A stretch of 62,183 bases of DNA, counting the filler. It is 8 parts of 8 records of this genome, joined end to end, with 100 filler letters (N's around TTAATTAATTAA, not from the genome) between each part and the next. Parts side by side here need not be neighbours in the genome. Positions count along the whole stretch, not along the records: positions 31,912 to 43,947 come from SRR31147125_19052; positions 44,048 to 49,604 come from SRR31147125_19071; positions 49,705 to 55,895 come from SRR31147125_19082; 5 more parts are not named here. The stretch is one strand, 5' to 3'. Below are positions 42,999 to 52,700 of this stretch, piece by piece. Position 1 is the first letter of the stretch. Each line of letters starts with the position of its first letter. A program made the position numbers and the translations under genes. Below the pieces are notes generated by a model. That model ran no database searches and had not been told where the DNA came from. It saw nothing but the letters and a program-made list of their open reading frames with translations.

Positions 42999-43946
42999 CT
43001 ATCCTTTAATTTTTTTGATTTCTTCATTGAGAGCTGGTACGATCTCAAAAAGATCACCAACAATGCCATAATCGGCACGCTGAAAAATGGGCGCATTGGC
43101 ATCTTTATTAACAGCGACGATGCACTTTGAAGCAGACATACCTGCCCAATGCTGGATAGACCCGGACGCACCACACATAATATAGAGATTCGGTGAAACA
43201 ACTTTTCCAGTCTGGCCTACTTGTTCTTCATGTGGTCGCCATCCGGAATCAACAACAGCTCTTGTGGCACCAACAGCGGCATTTAATGTTGTCGCCAGTT
43301 CCTCTATAATTTTAAAGTCTGCTTCAGAGCGAACACCCCGACCACCTGTAACGATAATGTCAGCATCAGCGACGTCCAGTTTATCTCCGGCAGATTTTTT
43401 AATTTCTTTTAAAACCACATTGGAATCTGATTCGTCCACACTTAAATTCTCAACCGTAGCAGCAGCTCCGTCATTTGTCTTAGCCACTTCAAAAGCACCT
43501 GGTCGTAAAGACATGATTTTAGGAGATGCGTTGACCTGTAATCGTGCAAATACTTTTCCTGCGTAAAGAGGATGTTCAACCTCGAGATTTCCATTCTCCA
43601 TGTAGACGTCTGTACAATCAGAGACCATGCCTACGTTTAGCTTAACGGCAACGCGGGGAGCAAGATCTTTGCCGATAGCTGTGGCAGTAAATAAAACATA
43701 CTCGGCAGCCGTTTGACTGGCAGCCAACAAAACAACAGATTTATAGAGAGAAGAATCATAATTTTCGAATTGCGGAGCATCTGCCAATAACACCTTTTGG
43801 GCACCATACTCACCTAATGAAGCCGCTTGCTCAGCCACTCCTGATCCGATTACCAGAGCGACGACCTCACTATTTGTGTTTTCAGCCATCTTTTTAGCCT
43901 GTGAGGCAACTTCAAAACTGGTTTTATGTAATTTTCCATCACGACA
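42999..43946 (-). CDS. etfA: Electron transfer flavoprotein alpha subunit, 5'-truncated
   Basis: Motifs GGRG, VGATRAVVD, QVGQTGK and SGSIQH..GM. Frame open to contig end. Confidence 0.93.
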   Translation of the reverse strand, partial: CRDGKLHKTSFEVASQAKKMAENTNSEVVALVIGSGVAEQAASLGEYGAQKVLLADAPQFENYDSSLYKSVVLLAASQTAAEYVLFTATAIGKDLAPRVAVKLNVGMVSDCTDVYMENGNLEVEHPLYAGKVFARLQVNASPKIMSLRPGAFEVAKTNDGAAATVENLSVDESDSNVVLKEIKKSAGDKLDVADADIIVTGGRGVRSEADFKIIEELATTLNAAVGATRAVVDSGWRPHEEQVGQTGKVVSPNLYIMCGASGSIQHWAGMSASKCIVAVNKDANAPIFQRADYGIVGDLFEIVPALNEEIKKIKG

Positions 43947-43947
43947 T

Positions 43948-44047
43948 NNNNNNNNNNNNNNNNNNNNNNNNNNNNNNNNNNNNNNNNNNNNTTAATTAAT
44001 TAANNNNNNNNNNNNNNNNNNNNNNNNNNNNNNNNNNNNNNNNNNNN
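43948..44047. other. Artificial contig spacer
   Basis: N44-TTAATTAATTAA-N44. Confidence 0.99.
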
Positions 44048-44419
44048 TGGAGAAGCCATATATTCAAATTCAATTTCGAAATCACCACCTTCAGTATATT
44101 TTCTGAATGCCGAAATAAAACAGTTTTCAGCACGGTCGAAAATACGCAACAACCCATTGTGCATTGCCAAACCAGCACGCAAAATTGTTGACAATACCGG
44201 CTGCTGGCTCAGTTGCGGAACTTCTGCTGTTCCCAGCGGAGTTTGAACATCGCGCACCTCATACTTCAATTCTTTACTAATTTCGTACGCAAATATTTCG
44301 CCGATACGATTTAGATTATCGCGAAAACGAAGTGGATCGGTTTGGATTTTTATGTCTCTAATTTCAGCAAGATACTGGTCTAAAATTGATTGGGTGTTGC
44401 CTAAAACTTTAACATTCAT
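44048..44419 (-). CDS. upp: Uracil phosphoribosyltransferase, 3'-truncated
   Basis: Motifs IRD..FRDNL.RIG, VQTPLG and ILRAGL (Bacteroidota type). Confidence 0.9.
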
Positions 44420-44429
44420 AATTTTTTTT

Positions 44430-45518
44430 TTAGGTGAACATCACATCACCCTCGCCATCGTGAAATTCAGCATTATTATCTGCCTGAATTGTAAATGTAC
44501 TGTAAATTTTTTGTCCGTATTTTTTCAGGTATAAAAATGGGAATTTTCTTCGGAATAGTTCAGCTGCCAGCTCTTTTTTATAAACTGTAACAACTTCAAT
44601 GTGTCGATTTTTACAATATTTTTTTAGGAACGAGGCAATTTCTTTTACGAAATTATCTTTTACACAAAAATACAGCGTCTTCAAATGTCCATCGTTAACC
44701 GAAAAAATGAAAAAACCGGCAAAGCTTCCGCCTTTATATATTTTCACAGTTTGATATTTGAATGACGAAGAAAATGCTGAAAACGGATATCTTTCATGAA
44801 CATCGACATTCTTTTCCGAAATCCAGGGATACTTAAAAATCCATTTCAACTCCTCAACTCCTCTTCCGAAAATGCATTCTTTAGCAGACTTTTTAAGCTG
44901 CTCGAAACATTCATCATCCGGGAATTCACTTAATTCAAATTTACACTTAGAATTAAAACGCCCCCATAAAAACAGAAGTTTCAATAAGGAAAATACCACA
45001 ATAAAACAATCAATTATCGAAAACATAGTACGACTGAAGACGCTCCTATTTGATCTCTTAATAAGCTTTCGGGTTTTGGGGTATAGATATCCTCTAATTC
45101 CTTGAAACTGATGAATGGGCTGAAATAATTCAGTTTTCAAGTATAAATTCTCCGAATTTGGTGCATAATTGGTAAAAGCAAGTTTTTTATCCCAATCATT
45201 ATATGCCTCTTTTAGCAATTGTTCTGAGATTCCTAGGCGCCGGTAACGCGAACGAACCCAATTTCCACTGCACCAACCAAATTTTACATCTCTATCTCCT
45301 GAACAAACTTTCCCGGCAAACAAAGAACGAAAAGCCACCAAACGTTCGTCTAAATACCCCAGATACAAAGCAACGTCTTCCGGGTCGGCATTCGGATTTG
45401 CTAAATACGATTCCACCCTGGAAGGAGAAATTGGCACATATTGCAGGTTTTCGAAAGATCTGCTTTCTACAAATTCTTTCAATTCATTCAGTCGTATTTT
45501 TTTAATCTCGAGTTTCAA
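44430..45518 (-). CDS. GNAT-family N-acetyltransferase-like protein
   Basis: Acetyl-CoA binding motif WVRSRYRRLGIS. Confidence 0.7.
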   Translation of the reverse strand: MKLEIKKIRLNELKEFVESRSFENLQYVPISPSRVESYLANPNADPEDVALYLGYLDERLVAFRSLFAGKVCSGDRDVKFGWCSGNWVRSRYRRLGISEQLLKEAYNDWDKKLAFTNYAPNSENLYLKTELFQPIHQFQGIRGYLYPKTRKLIKRSNRSVFSRTMFSIIDCFIVVFSLLKLLFLWGRFNSKCKFELSEFPDDECFEQLKKSAKECIFGRGVEELKWIFKYPWISEKNVDVHERYPFSAFSSSFKYQTVKIYKGGSFAGFFIFSVNDGHLKTLYFCVKDNFVKEIASFLKKYCKNRHIEVVTVYKKELAAELFRRKFPFLYLKKYGQKIYSTFTIQADNNAEFHDGEGDVMFT

Positions 45519-46498
45519 TGTTTTACAGTTGCTTTTCCTAATTTTTGCCGCATTTTAAAATAAACAAATTCAGCTTTCAGATTATTAATAAAATCCCCCT
45601 GCTGCTCGACAGGATAACGTTGAAAATGAGTACTTACTTCATCGTATTTCACTCCCGCTGTTCCGAATGTAATGTCACAAATTTGCTCGTCAACGAGTTT
45701 TTTGATAAGGTGCGCCGAAACACCGTAGTCGGTAAAAGGAAATGAAAAGGCCTTTATTCCCGGTTTTATATTTTCCTTTACCCATTTCATACTCTTTACA
45801 ACCTGTTTTAGTTGCGTTTTTTCCGAAATATTCCAAAATTCACGGTGTTTGTAACTGTGTCCTCCAATGGTAAATCCATCGGAATGTAGTTTTTTAACCT
45901 GAACTGTGCTAAGATATGGCTGCTGCTCATCAAGAAATGCAGAAAAATCTAATTCCAATAAGTCGGCTGCCTCATCTAATATGTCAGTTTGCGAATAATC
46001 AGTTTTCAATATGCTTCGTAAATTCAATCCATTTTCGCGCAACAAATGTTCAACATCGGCGGATGGTGAGGTTTTGAATTCATTTAAAACAAGACTTGCC
46101 TTGTAACGGTGAAAAAGTTTTTGGTTATCGATGAAAGCAGGATTCACAAAAAAAGTTGCAGGAATACCTTTTCTTAATAAAATTGGTGCAATTATTTCGG
46201 CACTCTCGCGCAAACCATCGTCGAAACTTAAATGAAACACCTTCTCGTTTGTTTTTGGATTTTCGAGCAAATACTCCAGCGAAACGGGTTTAAAATATTT
46301 CAATACATAATCGAGTTCAGCAGTAAATTGCTTCTCGCTACGGTAAGGATAGTTTAAAATATGTGGAAGTTGACTGTTGCTAACTACGTGGTAAAATGGG
46401 AGAAATACCGGAGCCTGCGAACGAAAAATTTTATCAGGCGAAATAAATCGGCCAATTTGTTTACTTACAAACCAAGGTAAATTCTTCATTCTTTTCAA
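45515..46498 (-). CDS. Polysaccharide deacetylase (NodB/CE4)
   Basis: Motifs FYHVV, LSFDDG, ATFFV, GGHSYKH and FSFPF. Confidence 0.85.
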   Translation of the reverse strand: MKRMKNLPWFVSKQIGRFISPDKIFRSQAPVFLPFYHVVSNSQLPHILNYPYRSEKQFTAELDYVLKYFKPVSLEYLLENPKTNEKVFHLSFDDGLRESAEIIAPILLRKGIPATFFVNPAFIDNQKLFHRYKASLVLNEFKTSPSADVEHLLRENGLNLRSILKTDYSQTDILDEAADLLELDFSAFLDEQQPYLSTVQVKKLHSDGFTIGGHSYKHREFWNISEKTQLKQVVKSMKWVKENIKPGIKAFSFPFTDYGVSAHLIKKLVDEQICDITFGTAGVKYDEVSTHFQRYPVEQQGDFINNLKAEFVYFKMRQKLGKATVKH

Positions 46499-47415
46499 CG
46501 TTTAAACCACTTAAAAGGCAAAGGTAAGCGATTAAATTTAAGCTGAAAATAGGTTTCCGGTTCAGCTCCAAATCCCCTGTAGAAACGGGCTACTCCCGGA
46601 ATCATCGACCCCTCGAAATCAATTGTTAATCCGCTTCCCGCATTCGATTCAATAAATTTATTCAATAAAAAATACATGGCCCGCTGATTTTTTCCCTCTT
46701 CGTTTGATGCCGCATTAAAATAAATCAGCCGATCTTTCCATCGGCAAAAATAAACGGCTGCGCAAAGCTGATTGTCGGGCAAGTAAACGCCATATATTTT
46801 TCCAAATCCTTTATATTGTCCAAAAGCAATCAAACTTTTCAGATGCTGCAAATCGGATTCACCAATATTTACAATCCTGTTTTTCTGCTTAAAATCCATG
46901 TAGTCTTCCAAACGAATTCCTTCAACAAGCGACAACTCGTTTTTTTTAGACTTCGCAATATTTCGCTTTGTATTTGTTGAGAAAGATACACTCAACTCCT
47001 TGTAATTAGAATGCAATGGAAGCAGTAAATTATTTCTTGCATGAAATCCAATTCCCGGTAATTCTTCCGTTTTTGGGTTTTCTGAATTTAATTGCAATTC
47101 AGCAAAACGAAAATGATTTAGCAAATAAATGTAAAAAACAAAGGCAACTTCGGGAGAAGGCGATGGGAAAATGCCCAGCTGCTGCGAAAAAAGAGGCTGA
47201 TAAAAATAGTGAATACCCATTTTTTTACGAATGGGCAGCGGCATTACATATTCGTAATCGCCCCAAATTAACGCATCCCAGGTAACTGCTGTCCGGTCGA
47301 GGTGCCAACTACATGCATAAATTCGCGAGTTTGCAGAATTTATCACACAATTGTCCCACTTTTCCGAATCAATATCCTTGTGTTTTATGTAGTAAAGGTT
47401 GTTTTTTCCAGCCAT
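46495..47415 (-). CDS. FemAB/GNAT-like acyltransferase
   Basis: Motifs IDSEKWD, QPLFSQQLG, KRNIAK and IDFEGSMIPGVARFYRGFGA. Confidence 0.7.
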   Translation of the reverse strand: MAGKNNLYYIKHKDIDSEKWDNCVINSANSRIYACSWHLDRTAVTWDALIWGDYEYVMPLPIRKKMGIHYFYQPLFSQQLGIFPSPSPEVAFVFYIYLLNHFRFAELQLNSENPKTEELPGIGFHARNNLLLPLHSNYKELSVSFSTNTKRNIAKSKKNELSLVEGIRLEDYMDFKQKNRIVNIGESDLQHLKSLIAFGQYKGFGKIYGVYLPDNQLCAAVYFCRWKDRLIYFNAASNEEGKNQRAMYFLLNKFIESNAGSGLTIDFEGSMIPGVARFYRGFGAEPETYFQLKFNRLPLPFKWFKR

Positions 47416-48767
47416 TAATTTACGTAAGCAATACTTTCTTGTTTAACGTTGGCAGCTTCATTGGCCCACTCAAAGCCCAATTGGTTCATTTTTTCGAACA
47501 CTTCGCGGTAACCTTTCCATTTACCGGTGTCGTTAACCGTTTCGTTGTGCCAAACGCTCACAAATGTACCACCTACATTTTTAACCTCCTGCATAATTTT
47601 GCGTATTTCTTCAAAAGCTTCGTCGGGCGGAAGTTGCAGATAATACTTTAGTGTTCCATCCATAATCTGAAATGGGGTAACCAAAAGGCTTGTTACTGTT
47701 TCGCGTTCTAAGTCGTAATGGTAATATGGAGTGCAAATACCGGCGCGAAATCCGGGTTGAGCCGAATAACCCATTGAATAGTCTTCAAGAATTCCTGATT
47801 TAACAAGTCGCCTGTACGATTTCGGGAATTGCAGCCTCAAAAAATGCTGTCGGCTTTTTAGAATATTTTTACCCAGAATTTTTTCCAGACGAATGCGCTC
47901 TACACGCGTTTTTTTACGCCCGCCTTTTTTGCTTGATGCAAAGCTGGGATGCAGGCCAACATCGTATTTTTTCCGGGTCTCTTGAATTAATTTCTTATAG
48001 TGTGGATTTTTATGGGAAATATTCTTGTCGAAACGACCATAGTCGCCAAGTAAGAAAAAGAACTTCACTTTATCTTCGTTACCGGCAAAAACCGAATCCA
48101 TGTATTCATACGTATCGTATGGATCTTTCATTGTTCCTGTAAGTACTTTACGGCGTTCTGCCAATTCTTTATTAAACAACGATTTTATAAGCGCGCCGGT
48201 TGTACGCAAAAATCCTTTATGCTGATAAGCCCAGGCATTATCAACATCAATGGTAGAAATGAATTTAAATTTTGTTTCGGGGAACTCCAGGTCGGGATAT
48301 CTTTCTCTGAGTTTCTCGGCTAAAAGTTTGGCCCAAATATTTACAACAGGTTTTTGCAAAAGATTATATTTATAAAGAATACTTTTCTGAACAGGGAAGC
48401 GATCGAGTTTGTCGCGCTCCTTTACGGTGTACTCTTCATGACGTGTTACCACATAAAACGAAGCAGCCAGAGCGTCGAATGGCAAATCAGAATCTTTCGA
48501 GGTTTCGCAGAAATACTTTTCTCCTTCGTACCATACCGAGCGGATTGTTGGCTTAATAAGGGCTTTGCTATGCATTAACCGGTGTGGTTTAAGATAAAAC
48601 CCATCACCAAACTTATCCAACGAATAATTAATCTTTGGTAAATCCGATTTTTGGAATTCCACAGTATTTGTTGTAAAAGCAATCTCTGTTTGTAGAATAT
48701 CCTTAAAAATTAATTTAGAGATGTACTCAATTCGTGGGGTCAGTTCTTCAGCATAAAGTAGTATCAT
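47415..48767 (-). CDS. Polysaccharide deacetylase-family protein (DUF7033-type N-domain)
   Basis: Motifs FYVVTRHEEY, TIDVD, VGLHPS, RQHFLR, DYSMGY..GFRAG and WHNE. Confidence 0.75.
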   Translation of the reverse strand: MILLYAEELTPRIEYISKLIFKDILQTEIAFTTNTVEFQKSDLPKINYSLDKFGDGFYLKPHRLMHSKALIKPTIRSVWYEGEKYFCETSKDSDLPFDALAASFYVVTRHEEYTVKERDKLDRFPVQKSILYKYNLLQKPVVNIWAKLLAEKLRERYPDLEFPETKFKFISTIDVDNAWAYQHKGFLRTTGALIKSLFNKELAERRKVLTGTMKDPYDTYEYMDSVFAGNEDKVKFFFLLGDYGRFDKNISHKNPHYKKLIQETRKKYDVGLHPSFASSKKGGRKKTRVERIRLEKILGKNILKSRQHFLRLQFPKSYRRLVKSGILEDYSMGYSAQPGFRAGICTPYYHYDLERETVTSLLVTPFQIMDGTLKYYLQLPPDEAFEEIRKIMQEVKNVGGTFVSVWHNETVNDTGKWKGYREVFEKMNQLGFEWANEAANVKQESIAYVN

Positions 48768-48781
48768 AACCGTTCATTTTA

Positions 48782-49480
48782 TTAGTTTAACATTCCCTCG
48801 TCGGCAAGACTTAAATAACAGTTTTGCCCGATAATTATATGGTCGAGTACAGAAATATCCATTATTTCTGCAGCCTCTTTTATTTTGCGGGTAATTTGTA
48901 AATCCGCATTCGATGCCTGCATATTTCCAGATGGATGATTGTGGCAAAGAATAATTGAGCTGGCCATTTTTTCCAGAGCATTTTTCAGAATTAAGCGCAC
49001 ATCGATTACTGTTCCGGTGATACCTCCCTGGCTTACCATATAAGTATCCAGAATTTTATTTCCCCGGTTTAAAAGCATCACCCAAAACTCTTCGTGGTTT
49101 AAATCGCCAAGCGTTGGCTGAAAATAATCGGCAGCATCTTTACTTCCGGTTATTTGCTTTTTATTAAAAACATCGGCTTCTTTTCTGCGCTTCCCCAATT
49201 CTAAAGCGGCAGCAATTGTAACAGCCTTTGCTTCGCCAATTCCGTTAAATCCTTTCAGAAATTCAATATTTCGTCGGCCTAACTCATTAAGCTTGTTATC
49301 AACGCTTGTTAATATGCGTCGTGAAAGTTCAACAGCAGTTTCGTCTAAATTTCCGGAGCCGATAAGGATAGCAATTAGTTCGGCATCAGTAAGCGAACGC
49401 GCACCTTTCGAGAGTAATTTCTCGCGCGGCCGGTCTTCTACTGCCCATTCTTTGATGTTTAATTTTTTGTATTCGCTCAT
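48782..49480 (-). CDS. radC: RadC/UPF0758 JAB-domain protein
   Basis: Motifs DRPREKL, ELIAILI, HEEFW, HNHPSG and DHIII. Confidence 0.93.
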   Translation of the reverse strand: MSEYKKLNIKEWAVEDRPREKLLSKGARSLTDAELIAILIGSGNLDETAVELSRRILTSVDNKLNELGRRNIEFLKGFNGIGEAKAVTIAAALELGKRRKEADVFNKKQITGSKDAADYFQPTLGDLNHEEFWVMLLNRGNKILDTYMVSQGGITGTVIDVRLILKNALEKMASSIILCHNHPSGNMQASNADLQITRKIKEAAEIMDISVLDHIIIGQNCYLSLADEGMLN

Positions 49481-49604
49481 CTGCCCTGAAGTTCTCTTCT
49501 AAATTTAACCATAATAAATGGTATTGTAAAGAGCTAAAAATAGTTTCAGAACATAAGTTTGCTTGTTTTAGGGCATAAATCAAGTAGGGTAAATATAGAA
49601 TAAA

Positions 49605-49704
49605 NNNNNNNNNNNNNNNNNNNNNNNNNNNNNNNNNNNNNNNNNNNNTTAATTAATTAANNNNNNNNNNNNNNNNNNNNNNNNNNNNNNNNNNNNNNNN
49701 NNNN
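49605..49704. other. Artificial contig spacer
   Basis: N44-TTAATTAATTAA-N44. Confidence 0.99.
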
Positions 49705-49705
49705 T

Positions 49706-49732
49706 AAAGGAGGTAAAGGAGGTAAAGGAGGT
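49706..49732 (+). repeat. (AAAGGAGGT)3 tandem repeat encoding (KGG)3
   Basis: Three exact 9-nt units at the contig start, in frame with the large ORF. Confidence 0.85.
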
Positions 49733-52700
49733 AATAATTCTTATACAGCCCCTTATAATACTGAAATGGATGGGTTTACAACAGTATTAAAAGCAATTGC
49801 TCCAATTGAAAAAGGAAAATGGAATACTATACGTATAGTTATCGGAGATGCTAGTGATCAAATATATGATTCGAACGTATTTCTAAAAGCAAATAGTTTC
49901 AAAGCTATAGCAGATCCTGAGCAACCAATTAAACCAACAATAACAATAAGTGAGGATGGTTGGGTCGATGGAGAAATAGAGATTTCGGTAGATTATTATG
50001 ATGCTGAAATTAAAAAGGTATTCTATAATGATGCTTGGCATAATTATACTGGTTCATTTAAAGTAACCAATAGTCAATGGATATATGCTGAAGGTCAAAA
50101 TACGAATAGTGAAAATGTCGTAAAGACAAGTGAAAGGGTGCAAGAGTATGTTGGAAGTGCTGACTTGACAAAGATAAGTATAGATGTTGAGGACGGTATT
50201 GGTGCGGTCGTGAGTGAAACCATTGTGACAACAAATGATGATAGTATTTATCAAACAAGTAAAAATCTTAAAGGGATGTCTTTTGTTGATATAAGTGGTT
50301 CAAGTAATGCTGCGAGTCAAAATATGACTCTGTATTACCAATTCATGAAGGATACACAAACAATAGATGAAGGCAATTGGTCACTTGTAGATATAAATTA
50401 TGAAAGTACAGATGATGTTGAAACAGATAGTCCAGGGAATTTAACTTATAAAGTATATAATGTGGAACATATTCCTGGTGTAAATGACGGTGTAGCTCAA
50501 AGTACAGTAAATGAATATTGGTCAAATAGAGCGGAAGTTTTTAAAAATCCATTTTCAGGTGTAGGCACTATGTCGACTAGGGTTGCAGAAGCTCCAAACT
50601 CAAGCAATTATGGTAGCTGGATTAATATACCTGATGAAGAAATTACCCAACTATATACCAATAATAAAAAAACGATTACTAAGAGATGGGAAAATAGAAC
50701 AGTATTTTTAGAAAATATGTGGATAGATAATGACTATAGGGCATCAATGAAATACTGGGGATATCTAAAAGTGGCAGAAGATGGAGATTATTATTTTGGT
50801 ATGACTTCTGACGATGGTAACATGGCTTACATAATGATCAATGGAAAAAAACATATACTTGCTGATAGTTTTCAGCTTCAAGGATCAACATTTTCAACTG
50901 AAAATGAGAAGTTATCTCTGTCGAGAGACGTTTATTATCCTATATACTTTGAATACTTTAATTGGGGAGGAAGTGCAGATTTTAGATTATATTATGCAAA
51001 GAACTCAGAGAGTTCTTTCCAATTAACCGAATCAAACTCTACAGTAGTTCCATCTAAATGGTTCTATCCATCCAAGAGTACCTATCCTGGAGAAACAGCA
51101 GAAGGATTATTCCATGGAACTGACACAATTGAAATGCCAAATGAAGATGGAATATATTATATAGCTTCAAAGGCTGACGTAGATGGAAGCACTGAAGTAT
51201 CAGGTGTGGTTGGACCATTTGAAGTAAAGGAATATAATTCCTTAGCTGTTTCAAGAAGTGTAGTAGATAGTGTGGTAGATGAAGAAACTGGAAAATATAA
51301 CGCAACATTAGAAGAAAATATAACGATTAGATATACAGTTACTCCTAAAAAATGGTTAAATTCGGATGGGCATAAAGGGATGGATATAACAGATATTAAA
51401 TTTGAGGAAGTACTACCAGAAGGAATGAGTTTTGTTTCGACAACTTCAGATATTATTATAAATAATTCTGGAGTAATACAAGGAACGATTCAAGATATAA
51501 CCTATACTTTGAATGATGAAACTGGATATTATGAGCCTTCTGTTGCTAAAGTTACATTTGATATAGTTGTAAAAACTACAGTTGGTGGGGACTTGGCTTT
51601 AGATGATTCAGAGCTAATATACCTAGATATAGACAATACAACCCAAAATACCGCTAATTTTGATAATTTAAACTTTAAATCAGAATTAAATTACACAATA
51701 GCTATTACACCAGAGTCACCTAGTGACTCTAGTCCTTACTTTACAGTATACACAGATAGCAATGGTGACTTAAAAGTTAGAATAACAGGTACAGTTGAAG
51801 CAACTGGTTATGAACTTGCTAAAATCACATATGATATTAACAATATATCAGGCGGAGATGTTGATGCAGGAGAAGGAGTTGTAGGAACTGACTTTATCCA
51901 GACAGAGACAGAAACAACAGTTGATGGAAAAACTGTAACAACATATACTGTAGACTACGAGTTTATATTAAATTACTCGTTGTTTGATTCTGCGGGAAAA
52001 TATAACCTAACTATAGGGGCATATAATAAAAATGATAATTATAAATCAATGACAATTCAATCAATTACTCTTAAAGGTTTATTATTTGATTCTATCGCCA
52101 TAACCAATCTGTCAAATAAAGCTCTCTTTGATGAACTTGGTATAACAGATGGTAATTACAGTGGAACTTATGCAACTCTTGATAATATTAGTGGTGAATC
52201 GGGAATATATGTTAATGATGGTGATTATATTAGTTTGACAATTACTTATCATTCAGGAGCAAATATTTCAGTTAATGATTTAGTATTTGCAGGATATACA
52301 GTTATCGAAGAGCCAACATTAAGTAATGGAGCATTTAGCGGACCATTTATTTTAAAAAAGAATACTGGTAGTACAGATCTTAGTATTACATCGATAGTAG
52401 CAGGTAACTTAACTATACCTACTACACAAAATAACTGGGACAATGCTTCTACAGTAAGTGGAGATGAATATGCAGACTTTGGCGATTATACTGATGCAAA
52501 TAGAACATATAATTCAGTGGCATATTTTAAGGCTAATGGAAGTTTAGAAATAACAAAATCTTCCGATAACTCGGGAATATTGAAATATATAGTTCTATAT
52601 AAAAATAATGATGTTGCAAATATAGTTACAGGTGATACAGCTGTTGACAATAATTACTACTACAGAGTTTTGGATACTACTACAGATTTTACTATTTCGA

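Noticed and set aside
48782-49480. RadC as a marker of a mobile or anti-defence element
   Set aside because: It is the full-length chromosomal form among housekeeping genes, with no integrase or element ends nearby.
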